Virus record (IMG/VR): IMGVR_UViG_3300009529_000001
Coordinates: 45,579 to 109,578 of that record
Strand: one strand, 5' to 3'
From: a virus
DNA length: 64,000 nt
Below, in pieces: positions 19,384 through 28,141 of this stretch. Both the position numbers and the translations under genes were made by a program. Numbering within the stretch: position 1 is the stretch's first letter; every line of letters starts with the position of its first letter. The notes beneath the pieces are model-generated. The model searched no databases and was not told where the DNA came from. It saw nothing but the letters and a program-made list of their open reading frames with translations.

Positions 19384-19770
19384 ATGACACATAACTTCAA
19401 ACTCGATTGGGAAGTAGGATATAAGATTGTGAAGGCTTTGCCTTCAGGTTTGTGGTCTATTTTTTACCATCAAGGAGCAGAAGTACGTTATTCACCAATG
19501 GGAAAAATAGTTGCTCCTAAAAAAAGTTGTGGACCTCTTGCTGTTTTTGTAGATTTACCAAGAGCAGAAGTATTTGCAAGAGTATGTATACGTCATCATG
19601 GTGTAGGAAAAAGAATTGTACAAATATTTGAATGTTTGTATCTTCCAAGTGAGGAAAAAAGTCTTTGGAGAATACATAGAAGTGTGTTTAGTAGGAATCT
19701 AGATACTACTCCTTGGGGGACAGTATTTGCCAGCAGATTAAAATTACTTGGGAAAAACTTAAGGGAATAA
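19384..19770 (+). CDS. hypothetical protein
   Basis: GYKIV...GPLAVF...PWGTVFA; RBS GGAGG. Confidence 0.6.
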   Translation: MTHNFKLDWEVGYKIVKALPSGLWSIFYHQGAEVRYSPMGKIVAPKKSCGPLAVFVDLPRAEVFARVCIRHHGVGKRIVQIFECLYLPSEEKSLWRIHRSVFSRNLDTTPWGTVFASRLKLLGKNLRE

Positions 19771-19772
19771 TT

Positions 19773-20099
19773 ATGATCGCTTTCACAAAAGCATCCAGTC
19801 ATAGTAAATTCTTTGGCGACAAACAATTGTTCAAACTTGGGACATTGTATGTTTCTGAAGGAGTTATAGAAATTTTTGATTTATATAATGTAGAAGGTAC
19901 TAAGTTTGTAGAACTTCTTAAAAGACATTCTAAGGGAGATTGGGGTGATGTAGATAATCATGACAAAAAAATCAATGACAGTGCTGTAAAACATGGAGGA
20001 CGAATTCTTAGTTCTTACAAGGTAAATGAAAAAGAAGTATGGGTCATTACAGAAGACGATAGAAGTTCCACAATAATGATAACACCTGAGGAGTATTAA
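19773..20099 (+). CDS. conserved phage/plasmid protein (RH..GDWG...RILSSY...TIMITPEEY family)
   Basis: Characteristic motifs of a widespread mobile-element protein of unknown function. Confidence 0.7.
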   Translation: MIAFTKASSHSKFFGDKQLFKLGTLYVSEGVIEIFDLYNVEGTKFVELLKRHSKGDWGDVDNHDKKINDSAVKHGGRILSSYKVNEKEVWVITEDDRSSTIMITPEEY

Positions 20100-20288
20100 T
20101 ATGATTTCCAAACAAACAGTTAGGGAAGTTTGTAAGGTAATAGAAAACTGGAGAACTGAATGGTCTATACCACACGGTTCTGTATTGGCTCTTCTTAGAA
20201 AACTTACTACAGTCAAAGGAAATAAAAGTTTTACGGAAACTATACAAACTATAAGACAAGAGTACTTCAACCTATAAATTCAAACAAT

Positions 20289-20329
20289 ATTAAAAACCCC
20301 TTGCAAAGTGAAAATCCTTATGCTATACC
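20289..20329 (+). promoter_or_regulatory. early promoter
   Basis: ATTAAAAACCCC-TTGCAA-17-TATACC. Confidence 0.75.
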
Positions 20330-20361
20330 CTATATAGTAAGGTAAGCAAAGGAGTTAAAGG

Positions 20362-20562
20362 ATGCAAGTAATGTATGATACGATTAACAAAAAACTTGAT
20401 TCAATTGTAGCTGGTGTAGTTGAGATTAAAAATGAATTAGCACAACGTGATGCAACCGAAGAAGAACTTAAAAACGTTATTTCTCAGTTAACTGATGTAG
20501 ATAGCAATTTGTGGGATATTGAAGAATATGTTGAGTATTTTGCCAAAAAGAAAGGAAGGTAA
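20362..20562 (+). CDS. hypothetical coiled-coil protein
   Basis: RBS AAGGAG after promoter. Confidence 0.55.
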   Translation: MQVMYDTINKKLDSIVAGVVEIKNELAQRDATEEELKNVISQLTDVDSNLWDIEEYVEYFAKKKGR

Positions 20563-20565
20563 GTA

Positions 20566-20754
20566 ATGGAAAAACCTTCAGTTAGCCTTGTTGGTGAAGA
20601 TGGCAATGTGTTCAATGTAATTGGACGCGTATGTAAGGCATTACGTAAAGCTAAGATGCCTGAGCAGGCGCGGGAATTTCAAGCGAAAGCACTTAGTTCA
20701 GGCAGTTATGATGAAGTTCTTCGACTTGCTACAGAATACTGTGAAGTTTCTTAA
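20566..20754 (+). CDS. conserved phage hypothetical protein
   Basis: LVGEDGNVFNVIGRV..AL...SGSYDEVL motif. Confidence 0.7.
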   Translation: MEKPSVSLVGEDGNVFNVIGRVCKALRKAKMPEQAREFQAKALSSGSYDEVLRLATEYCEVS

Positions 20755-20786
20755 AGATGACCAGTAGGTCTAAAGGAGACAATGTT

Positions 20787-21020
20787 ATGGCAGAAGAAAC
20801 AGAGACAGAACTGGTCTATACACGTGACAAAAGGTATGGCTCATGCTTTTTGTCACAAGAAGTGGAGATTCTGCTAAAGGAAGTTCCCAGTGACGGACAC
20901 CGTGAAAAAAGCAAAGCATTTGAAGTAACAATCTACGGAGGTATTATCTATACACATATGCACATGGAAGATGTCATTGCGGAACTCGTGGAGGTTTTCC
21001 AAAGGATCGAGGAAAACTAA
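20787..21020 (+). CDS. hypothetical protein
   Basis: RBS AAGGAG before ATG 20787. Confidence 0.55.
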   Translation: MAEETETELVYTRDKRYGSCFLSQEVEILLKEVPSDGHREKSKAFEVTIYGGIIYTHMHMEDVIAELVEVFQRIEEN

Positions 21021-21274
21021 TGGGAAAGAAAACGATAGCTACATTAATTGGAGAAGAACTTGAACCTATACTATGGAAAAATGTAAATGACGGTATGATT
21101 GTTTATCTTTATGCCACACACGAAGGGAAAGAATATGATGGATGTGGCCCTTTTCGTGTGATAAACGCAAATAAAAGAACACTCACACGTTGTGATAGCC
21201 ATAGGCAATTTTTTCATTATCCTGAGGAATTGTATCGTTTAACAGGAAAAATTAAATTAATAGGAGATCTATAA
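21020..21274 (+). CDS. hypothetical protein
   Basis: Coupled ORF. Confidence 0.55.
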   Translation: MGKKTIATLIGEELEPILWKNVNDGMIVYLYATHEGKEYDGCGPFRVINANKRTLTRCDSHRQFFHYPEELYRLTGKIKLIGDL

Positions 21275-21462
21275 TGGCGAAAGGAAAAAACAAAACTCCC
21301 ATAAGAATGCACACTTGCATTAGTTGTGAAGAAGAAGTATCTTGTCGTCAGTCACTTGCTGTAATTGGTGACAAATGGAAAGGTTATCGTGCTGGTAAAG
21401 GATTTCCGAGCAATCAGGCCGAAAGGAAGTGCAGGAAGAAGTGCAAAACAAAAGAAAATTGA
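21274..21462 (+). CDS. hypothetical Cys-containing basic protein
   Basis: RBS AGGAG; coupled. Confidence 0.5.
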   Translation: MAKGKNKTPIRMHTCISCEEEVSCRQSLAVIGDKWKGYRAGKGFPSNQAERKCRKKCKTKEN

Positions 21463-21606
21463 TAAATAAAGATTCTTGTTTTGAATGTGAAGGCAAAGGA
21501 TGGGTTTTTGCTGATGATAACGATATGATGGGAAATTATCTTCCGAGTAGATGCATACCGTGTGAAGTTTGTAATGGAACTGGGAAAACCAAAGGAGGGA
21601 TTGAAG

Positions 21607-21939
21607 ATGGACGTTGACGATCTGACTATCAGAGAAGTGAAGCGGCTGCAAGCAATGTTCGGGGCTGGTGAGCCGGGAATCCCAATCGTTGACGTGGGGC
21701 GGAAGGTTTTTATCCGCACGGTTACGCACCACTACACCGGGCGGGTGACCGCGTGCAATCCCGCGTGGCTTGAACTGGAAGAAGCCGCGTGGATCGCTTA
21801 CGACGGACGATTTCACGAATGTCTGGCGAACGGTACGCCGGATGAGGTTGAGCCATTCGTGGATTGGGTCCGCATTCCTGTCGGCTCGATCATCGACCTG
21901 ACTCCCTGGAACCATGATCTGCCGCAAAAGGTGAAATAA
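21607..21939 (+). CDS. small beta-barrel (Sm/LSm-like) protein, GC-rich gene
   Basis: VGRKVFIRTVTHHYTGRV...LELEEAAWI; RBS GGAGG. Fold is inferred. Confidence 0.6.
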   Translation: MDVDDLTIREVKRLQAMFGAGEPGIPIVDVGRKVFIRTVTHHYTGRVTACNPAWLELEEAAWIAYDGRFHECLANGTPDEVEPFVDWVRIPVGSIIDLTPWNHDLPQKVK

Positions 21940-21940
21940 T

Positions 21941-22180
21941 ATGAATCAAGCTCTATTAAGAACAAGTTTTGATTGGTCAAGGTCATGGTCAAGGTCATGG
22001 TCAAGGTCAAGGTCAAGGTCATGGTCATGGTCATGGTCAAGGTCAAGGTCAGGGTCATGGTCAGGGTCAAGGTCAGGGTCATGGTCAGGGTCAAGGTCAG
22101 GGTCAAGGTCAGGGTCAAGGTCAAGGTCAGGGTCAAGGTCAGGGTCAGGGTCAAGGTCAGGGTCAAGGTCAAAGGAATAA
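21941..22180 (+). CDS. Ser/Arg/Trp/Gly dipeptide-repeat protein
   Basis: ATG directly after the upstream stop, stop just before the next start; encoded by the GGTCAN array. Confidence 0.55.
   Translation: MNQALLRTSFDWSRSWSRSWSRSRSRSWSWSWSRSRSGSWSGSRSGSWSGSRSGSRSGSRSRSGSRSGSGSRSGSRSKE
21975..22172 (+). repeat. tandem hexamer repeat (GGTCA[A/T/G]) x33
   Basis: Read directly; only the 6th base varies. Confidence 0.95.
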
Positions 22181-22182
22181 TT

Positions 22183-22356
22183 ATGAGCAACAAACGAAGA
22201 AATAAATGGAAGAAGCCTAAGCCTGGAAGCCTACGATCAAGACCCGAAGATCGTAAGGGTTCAGATGCACATCAAAGAGCGAAGAAATGTGAAGAAATTA
22301 GGCGTAGACGAGATTTTTGTGTCTATAGCGGAATTTTTAGTGGACAATTTGATTAG
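22183..22356 (+). CDS. hypothetical basic protein
   Basis: RBS AAGGA before ATG 22183. Confidence 0.5.
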   Translation: MSNKRRNKWKKPKPGSLRSRPEDRKGSDAHQRAKKCEEIRRRRDFCVYSGIFSGQFD

Positions 22357-22364
22357 GAACTGAC

Positions 22365-22664
22365 ATGCAAATCCTTGATGCTTATTATTCTTCTGAAGCT
22401 GCTGAACTTCATGGCTACGCCATCTATAAAAATGGATGGGGACGAGAAGTTACAGTCACAGAAGTTGTAACTGCCGGTAAGAAACCAGGATCAGTGTGGG
22501 AAGATCTTCGATTTGTCGGAAAAGTAATTGAGTTTGTCGAATCATATCCAAGCCTCATAGATGTGTTTTTCGATGAATTATACGATAGAGAAGAAGATTT
22601 TTGTAGGAATCCGGATTACGAAATTTACGAAGAGGAATATAGAAAGGAGTATTGTTATGGCTGA
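22365..22664 (+). CDS. hypothetical protein
   Basis: WEDLRFVGKV motif; acidic tail. Confidence 0.6.
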   Translation: MQILDAYYSSEAAELHGYAIYKNGWGREVTVTEVVTAGKKPGSVWEDLRFVGKVIEFVESYPSLIDVFFDELYDREEDFCRNPDYEIYEEEYRKEYCYG

Positions 22665-23046
22665 AGAAAAGAAAAACCCATTGGATATTTTTGTTGAAGT
22701 ATGTGCAGATTTTAACGCTGCAATCAATAACCTTACTTATATGGATATACGCGCTCTTGAAGAAATGAGAATAGAGGGTAGTGAAGAAGATTTCTCGGCA
22801 CGTGAAGTCCTAATATTTTTAGGACAAATGCACGATTTCACAGAACGTATCGAAAAACACGTAAACAATTACATTGGACCTATCAAAATAAACGGAGTCA
22901 AAATAAATTGGGTTCCTATTGATAAACAAATCGAAACTGGACACACAATCAAAGCAATAAAATTGTTAAGAGACCAAGTTCCAATTGTTTTAAATGCAGC
23001 AAAAGAAGTGATCGAAAAACGAAGAGGGGATAAAGACGATGGCTGA
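22657..23046 (+). CDS. hypothetical protein with C-terminal ribosomal L7/L12-CTD-like motif
   Basis: IKAIKLLRDQVPIVLNAAKEVIE; RBS AAGGAG. Confidence 0.55.
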   Translation: MAEEKKNPLDIFVEVCADFNAAINNLTYMDIRALEEMRIEGSEEDFSAREVLIFLGQMHDFTERIEKHVNNYIGPIKINGVKINWVPIDKQIETGHTIKAIKLLRDQVPIVLNAAKEVIEKRRGDKDDG

Positions 23047-23239
23047 TACCGATCATGACGTATGGTCTAAGTTTCCGGACGACGATGAATGGAAACAACG
23101 TGCTATTATGCCTGACAAGGATAGCGCACTTCTTGCTATGTTTGAACTTGTTGATACCGATCATGCAAATGGACAGATTGGTGGAAAATACAAAACACTT
23201 TCCACAAGAGGTAATATTGTGAGGGAGGTTTATCCATGA
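23039..23239 (+). CDS. hypothetical protein
   Basis: Coupled ORF. Confidence 0.5.
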   Translation: MADTDHDVWSKFPDDDEWKQRAIMPDKDSALLAMFELVDTDHANGQIGGKYKTLSTRGNIVREVYP

Positions 23240-23466
23240 ACGAATATGAAGAAGAACAAATGGCAAGACAAAAACGTCACAGAGATTATGTAGGTATTTC
23301 TTGGATAGGTGCTTTCATGATGTTGTTTTCTTTAATCCTTCCAATTATCATTTGGTGTAACGGAGGAGGATTTTTCTCAGGACTTGAATGGTGTCTCGGA
23401 CTCATGTTAGCAGGATTATTTGTTTATGGAGCAGGAGGAGCAGGAACAGGATTTAATAAGCCATAA
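23236..23466 (+). CDS. small 2-TM membrane protein
   Basis: Two hydrophobic segments; RBS GGAGG. Confidence 0.6.
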   Translation: MNEYEEEQMARQKRHRDYVGISWIGAFMMLFSLILPIIIWCNGGGFFSGLEWCLGLMLAGLFVYGAGGAGTGFNKP

Positions 23467-23560
23467 GGCTCAAAAAGTATTGATAGTAGAACAGTCCCTT
23501 ATAAATGGGATAGTATTTAGTTTATGTCATACTTTAAAGTTTTTAATAGGGAGCGAAATC

Positions 23561-23833
23561 ATGGTTACAAAAGAACAATATAAAGCGGCGTGTGATGCTC
23601 TTCAAATTAATGAAGGCGCTTGTAATGGCAGGGGAGTTTCAAAGGCTCTTGCCAAGGCTTATGACGCTTGGGAAGGTGATACAGATGAGTCTAATAGATC
23701 GGCTCCAGTAAGACTGATCCTTTACCAACTTTGTCATCTTGCGAAGATACCAGTAGATCTTTCAATGAGTGAATATGGCGAAGACGTCAACAAATGCAAA
23801 CAAATCAAAGAAGAATACGAAAGTTCAAAGTAA
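23561..23833 (+). CDS. hypothetical protein
   Basis: RBS GGGAG before ATG 23561. Confidence 0.55.
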   Translation: MVTKEQYKAACDALQINEGACNGRGVSKALAKAYDAWEGDTDESNRSAPVRLILYQLCHLAKIPVDLSMSEYGEDVNKCKQIKEEYESSK

Positions 23834-23846
23834 TTTGGGTTAAAAC

Positions 23847-23885
23847 AAAAAAGGAGTTGCAAAAAGATTTTCCTTACGTTACAAT
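23847..23885 (+). promoter_or_regulatory. early promoter
   Basis: AAAAAAGGAG-TTGCAA-17-TACAAT. Confidence 0.7.
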
Positions 23886-23938
23886 AGTATTAAATAAACA
23901 GGCGTAGGAACGCCACAACCTTTGGAAAGGAGACAAGA

Positions 23939-24304
23939 ATGGCTAAGAAAGAGAAGAAACCTCGTTACGAGCACCAGAACCCCGAAGAGGTAAGAATGGG
24001 CAAGACAGCCGTCAAGAATCCCATTCATGGTGCGCGAGGCTGGAAGCGGGCAACCACGATTGCTCTGGTGGTTGCTTTCGGGAAGCTGAAGAAGCGCGAC
24101 ATCAAGAGGTCGGAACTGGCTACGCTCTTGACGATGGCGGGTATCACGTTCAAGTGCGATAGCCCGAAGGAAGGACTGTCCGGCCAGGATCGTGAGGCTA
24201 ACGCCTACGCGAAGTGGGGACTTGACAACGCGAAGACCTACAACAACAAGAAGGTCGAAACGGTGATGGGATTCGCGGAAGCTGTGGTAAGCAAGAGTTC
24301 CTAA
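23939..24304 (+). CDS. basic early protein, paralog of 28142-28555; monocistronic, GC-rich codons
   Basis: KRATTIALVVAF..KR..SELA.LL and REANAYAKWGL match the 28142 protein; own promoter, RBS and terminator. Confidence 0.75.
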   Translation: MAKKEKKPRYEHQNPEEVRMGKTAVKNPIHGARGWKRATTIALVVAFGKLKKRDIKRSELATLLTMAGITFKCDSPKEGLSGQDREANAYAKWGLDNAKTYNNKKVETVMGFAEAVVSKSS

Positions 24305-24333
24305 AATCCCTAGTGCTACGGGGATGCGGGGGG

Positions 24334-24372
24334 AAGCGTGGGATGGTGACGGCACTGTTCCACGCTTTTTTT
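24334..24372 (+). terminator. intrinsic terminator
   Basis: AAGCGTGGGATGGTG-ACGG-CACTGTTCCACGCTT followed by a T-tract. Confidence 0.75.
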
Positions 24373-24380
24373 CCAATGGT

Positions 24381-24421
24381 ATTAAAAAAGAGTTGCAAAA
24401 TGAATACAATGAACTTATACT
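24381..24421 (+). promoter_or_regulatory. early promoter
   Basis: ATTAAAAAAGAG-TTGCAA-17-TATACT. Confidence 0.75.
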
Positions 24422-24462
24422 ATATACAGTAGCAAAGGGGTTGAAAACAAAGGAGACAAGAA

Positions 24463-24801
24463 ATGATTGAAATCAATGAAGAAGAAGTTGTTACTAGTAG
24501 AAAGTTGAAGCTTGAAGGCGTAGAATGGCGTGTAACAAAAAGGGAAAACGGCCGCACTAATGAATATATGTTGCGGCAGATTTGGGAAATCGAGGAGTTT
24601 CCTGTCATTGAAAATACGCTTTCGAGACTGGAATACTTTGACGATGGTGATGCAGAAAACGGCCCGCGAATAGGATCAGATTGGGTTGATATCGAACATT
24701 CACAAATGATGGGCAAACCTTGCGAAACACAAGATGAAGCGGATAACTTTGTCGAGCAGATTCTCATTGAAATATTGGAAGCGAAAATAGGACAGCAATG
24801 A
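24463..24801 (+). CDS. hypothetical acidic protein
   Basis: RBS AAGGAG after promoter; strongly Glu/Asp-rich. Confidence 0.6.
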   Translation: MIEINEEEVVTSRKLKLEGVEWRVTKRENGRTNEYMLRQIWEIEEFPVIENTLSRLEYFDDGDAENGPRIGSDWVDIEHSQMMGKPCETQDEADNFVEQILIEILEAKIGQQ

Positions 24802-25118
24802 CAAACGACAAAAAACTTCTGGTTTGGCTCGATGATGAACGGGCAATGCCAGAAGGTTACAATATTCATGTTAAAACTGCCGCTGAAGCTATTAAACTTC
24901 TTCGAAGCGGAACAGTAAAACATATTAGCTTTGATCATCACCTAGGAAATAGTAAAGGTACTGGCTATGATGTTGCTAAGTGGATCGAAGAACAAGCGTA
25001 CCATGGACGATTCATGAGCATAACTTGGCATATTCATACCGACAATCCTGTAGCATATCTAAATATTCATGCTGCTATGGCAAACGCAGACAAATATTGG
25101 GAAAAACAATGCTCGTAA
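24798..25118 (+). CDS. cyclic-phosphate-processing receiver-domain protein
   Basis: VWLDDER, ISFDHHLG, GTGYDVAKWI, IHTDNP. Confidence 0.75.
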   Translation: MTNDKKLLVWLDDERAMPEGYNIHVKTAAEAIKLLRSGTVKHISFDHHLGNSKGTGYDVAKWIEEQAYHGRFMSITWHIHTDNPVAYLNIHAAMANADKYWEKQCS

Positions 25119-25287
25119 CCTCATGGGAATGGCTTGTTAACCTAACCCACATCAAAAGGATGTGGATAATGTGGCTACACAAGGATCATCATACCATTCC
25201 GCCAAAAGAAAAACTAGCCCATCTTAGGGCAGAGATCAAACGATTTGATGTGCCTGGAAAAAGGCGCAAAAAGAAAGGAAAATAAGA

Positions 25288-25596
25288 ATGACTAAGATTA
25301 TTGAATTTGTCGCAGGTATCAAAGGCGATATGTCTGTAGGGATTATTCCCTTCGATGAAAAGGTAACTATAATTTTCCATGGTGATAAGCACGGCCAAAG
25401 CGTTCTTGATGATGAACCTACTCGAACAGAGATGACAACCGCTTTAGCTCAAACAATAGCAGAACTTGTGGATGGCTTTTGCGTTTCACGAAAAATTTAT
25501 GAAGAGGACGTTATAAAAGAACGAATTATGTATGCGATTGAGGAGGACAGGAGACAGGATGAAAAGCAAGAAGAACAAGAAGCCCAAAAACAGTAA
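25288..25596 (+). CDS. hypothetical protein
   Basis: GDMSVGI motif; RBS AAGGA. Confidence 0.55.
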   Translation: MTKIIEFVAGIKGDMSVGIIPFDEKVTIIFHGDKHGQSVLDDEPTRTEMTTALAQTIAELVDGFCVSRKIYEEDVIKERIMYAIEEDRRQDEKQEEQEAQKQ

Positions 25597-26037
25597 AGAT
25601 TGTCCAAACTGCAAAGGGACAGGTAAGAAGTCTAAGGACATTTGGCCCAAAGGCACTACAGAATGTTGGGCTTGTCGTGGACGTGGCTGGTTTTTGAAAG
25701 GGTAAAACAATGGATGTTAATATTCTGCCAAAGTGTCCTAAATGTGGAAAACCCACAAAGATACTTCGTGATTATTTCCTGTACGTAACCTGCACTGATA
25801 AAGACTGTACATATATCGAAGATGTTTTAACGTTAGGAGTACGTCAACAAAAGGAAGAAAAGCCAAAGAAAGGGTAGTATTATGGAACAAATAGCAAAAC
25901 ATCTATGGATTCACCACGTGCATCCACACTTAGGGATATAAAGGATATTTTCAAAGAAATCTGGAAAAAGAACAGGAAAAGGATTAAGGACTAGCCCAAG
26001 ACGCTAAATAAAGCGAAACTCTTTATTGGAGGAAGAT

Positions 26038-26244
26038 ATGCCCCATAATAAAACAGAGGTAGAGGTATTAAGCAATTTTAACAAACTTCTCGAAGAAGTA
26101 GAGGCTGAAAGAGCAAGGATAAAGGTATGGCATAATACGCATGAATTTGAAATAAGTAGAGACGGGAAAGTAGTACAGTTTTTTTCTACGATAGCTGAGT
26201 GTAGGGCTTTTCTAAAAGGATATCTATTAAAAACGAAGAAGTAA
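26038..26244 (+). CDS. hypothetical protein
   Basis: RBS GGAGG before ATG 26038. Confidence 0.55.
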   Translation: MPHNKTEVEVLSNFNKLLEEVEAERARIKVWHNTHEFEISRDGKVVQFFSTIAECRAFLKGYLLKTKK

Positions 26245-26760
26245 TTCTATTAAAAACCTCTAATAATTCTATTAAAAACCCTTCGATTTTCTCGGGAAAG
26301 TGTTCATTTTGAGTTCATTTTAGAAAAAAGTGTTCATGGCTTCGAGGGATTTTTGACAAAAAATTTTTCACCACAATTCCTTTCCTTTCATATTAAAAAT
26401 AAAAAAGAAATGAAAGAACTGAAATGAATCCAATCATATTAAGAATATTAAAAACAAGAACACATTCATACTGTTTCTTTTACAGAACTGAAATGAAAGG
26501 AATCAATTCACATTAAAAACTCTGACATGATCGTTTGAAAAGAGCTAAGTTTTCATTACAATGGGACGAACCTCATGAATGATTAGAGTTTAGAGTATTT
26601 TCACACAGATCAGAGTCAATTCTCCATAGAAAAGAGTCATTTCTTTTCAATTTAATATGAAAGGATTCTTTTCTTTTCTATTAAAAACAGAATAGATTCA
26701 AAAAGTATTAAAATGAGAAATGAATTTTTTCAAAGTATGAAATTAAAAACATTAAAAACT
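26226..26760. repeat. non-coding region with clustered ATTAAAAA(C) motifs and short direct repeats
   Basis: About 9 ATTAAAAA copies; TAATTCTATTAAAAACC x2, AAAGTGTTCAT x2, GAACTGAAATGAA x2. Confidence 0.7.
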
Positions 26761-26791
26761 ACTTGCAAAATGAACGAAAATGATATATACT
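26751..26791 (+). promoter_or_regulatory. early promoter
   Basis: ATTAAAAACTAC-TTGCAA-17-TATACT. Confidence 0.75.
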
Positions 26792-26829
26792 ATATATTAG
26801 CAAAGGGGCACTAGAACAAGGAGGTTGTT

Positions 26830-27102
26830 ATGATTTTAACGGAATTGGGTATGTTCCCAGCATTAAGAAGTATGTTTCAGGAAATATTTCTCGATCAGGG
26901 GCTAAACTATCCTACAGCTTTTAATGTGGCGGAAGGTTTCGATTTACAACACATGGAAAGTTTGGCACAGAAGCTTACTCGAAGCGAACGGGAAAGCTTC
27001 GCAACGGGAAATCTCGACGAGGAGATTTTACCGTTGGTAAAAGCTAAAGGTCTTGAAGAACTACATGAGTTCTGTGACGAATGTTATCACATTATGTTTT
27101 AG
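26830..27102 (+). CDS. hypothetical acidic early protein
   Basis: RBS AAGGAGG after promoter. Confidence 0.65.
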   Translation: MILTELGMFPALRSMFQEIFLDQGLNYPTAFNVAEGFDLQHMESLAQKLTRSERESFATGNLDEEILPLVKAKGLEELHEFCDECYHIMF

Positions 27103-27110
27103 GAGAAACC

Positions 27111-27314
27111 ATGCTAAGAGGAATTACAAAGAAGCCGAAGAGAAGGAAGTCTTGGCTAGAATCACATCGTTGCAAGAACAAAACGGTAAAGGGAGGGAAG
27201 AAACCCGTTACGGTAATATGCGAAGATAAAAGATGTTCTTCGTTGTTCATCGTGAAGGAGGAAGGACAGAAATTCTGTTCAACCTGTCAGCGGTTAAGAG
27301 GCAAAACTTCATAA
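27111..27314 (+). CDS. small basic zinc-finger protein
   Basis: C..KRC...FCSTC; RBS AGGAG. Confidence 0.55.
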   Translation: MLRGITKKPKRRKSWLESHRCKNKTVKGGKKPVTVICEDKRCSSLFIVKEEGQKFCSTCQRLRGKTS

Positions 27315-27324
27315 GACCCCTTGG

Positions 27325-27370
27325 AAAGAAGGAGTTGAGGTCATACGGATGACTTCTTCCTTCTTTTTTT
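27325..27370 (+). terminator. intrinsic terminator
   Basis: AAGAAGGAG..GAGGTCAT-ACGG-ATGACTTC.TTCCTTCTT followed by a T-tract. Confidence 0.7.
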
Positions 27371-27552
27371 AAGAATTTTTGGAAAAGATTCTTTTCTAAA
27401 AAAGAAAATTTCCCCAAAACTTTCTGAAGATGAAGACATTCCTGTGAATCTTTTCATACCAGTTATGGTTTGAATCATGTCATAGTCATAGCCCTGAGAT
27501 GATTCTAATCCTTCTTTTCTGGCCTATACCATAACGGTATCGAAAAATTCGG

Positions 27553-27598
27553 TCGAGTATACGTTTTGTATACAAAAGTATTAAAAACGTATACTCGA
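27553..27598. repeat. perfect 15-bp inverted repeat overlapping a 14-bp palindrome
   Basis: TCGAGTATACGTTTT (27553-67) / AAAACGTATACTCGA (27584-98); TTTTGTATACAAAA at 27564-77. Confidence 0.85.
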
Positions 27599-27696
27599 AA
27601 ACGCCAAAAATTTACTTCGATAAATGTTTAACAAAAGCATTAAAAACCTAAGCACGAAAAGCATTAAAAAAAACTTTAGTTTTTAATGTTTTTCGC

Positions 27697-27725
27697 TTTA
27701 CAAACTTTTGCCAATGTGCGATAAT
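27697..27725 (+). promoter_or_regulatory. sigma70-like promoter of the island
   Basis: TTTACA-17-GATAAT with extended TG. Confidence 0.55.
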
Positions 27726-27867
27726 GCGCTTGTAGGTTATTAATGCTTTTTGGCAATTTAACGGTGCGGCGCACAAGGTACACAAACCCCTTGTAGTTTA
27801 GCACGGGTAGTAAACCGTTTTTAATACGTTTGCAATTTCGTAAACGTAAACAACAAGGGGCAATGCA

Positions 27868-28047
27868 ATGGGTAAATTTCGATACCACCGTGCAAAAGGT
27901 ACGGCCTACGGCTGGCGTGCTGTATGGCAAATGCTCGCCAGCGACGGCGAGCTGTCGATACATAATGGCTATCGTTGGTGCTGTACAAACAAGCTAGCAA
28001 ACCGTTGGCTACGCCGCGAAAGCTTTGTGCAGTTAACAGGTATTTAA
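27868..28047 (+). CDS. 59-aa basic Trp-rich peptide (not in ORF track)
   Basis: MGKFRYHRAKGTAYGWRAVWQMLASDGELSIHNGYRWCCTNKLANRWLRRESFVQLTGI*; RBS AAGGGG. Confidence 0.55.
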   Translation: MGKFRYHRAKGTAYGWRAVWQMLASDGELSIHNGYRWCCTNKLANRWLRRESFVQLTGI

Positions 28048-28141
28048 TGCCGTTACCTTATTTTAAACGAAAGGTAGGTGCTCGACAAAGCTAACGTTAT
28101 TAATGTGTTTCGTTTTTAATATTTTTACAAGGGGCTTTACA

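Noticed and set aside
21975-22172. Possible CRISPR array
   Set aside because: Contiguous hexamers with no unique spacers, and no cas genes in the window.
21813-22356. Alternative-frame ORFs (GQGH, VKVM, LTLT) across the hexamer array
   Set aside because: Open only because the repeat lacks stops; the SR frame has the best-coupled start and stop.
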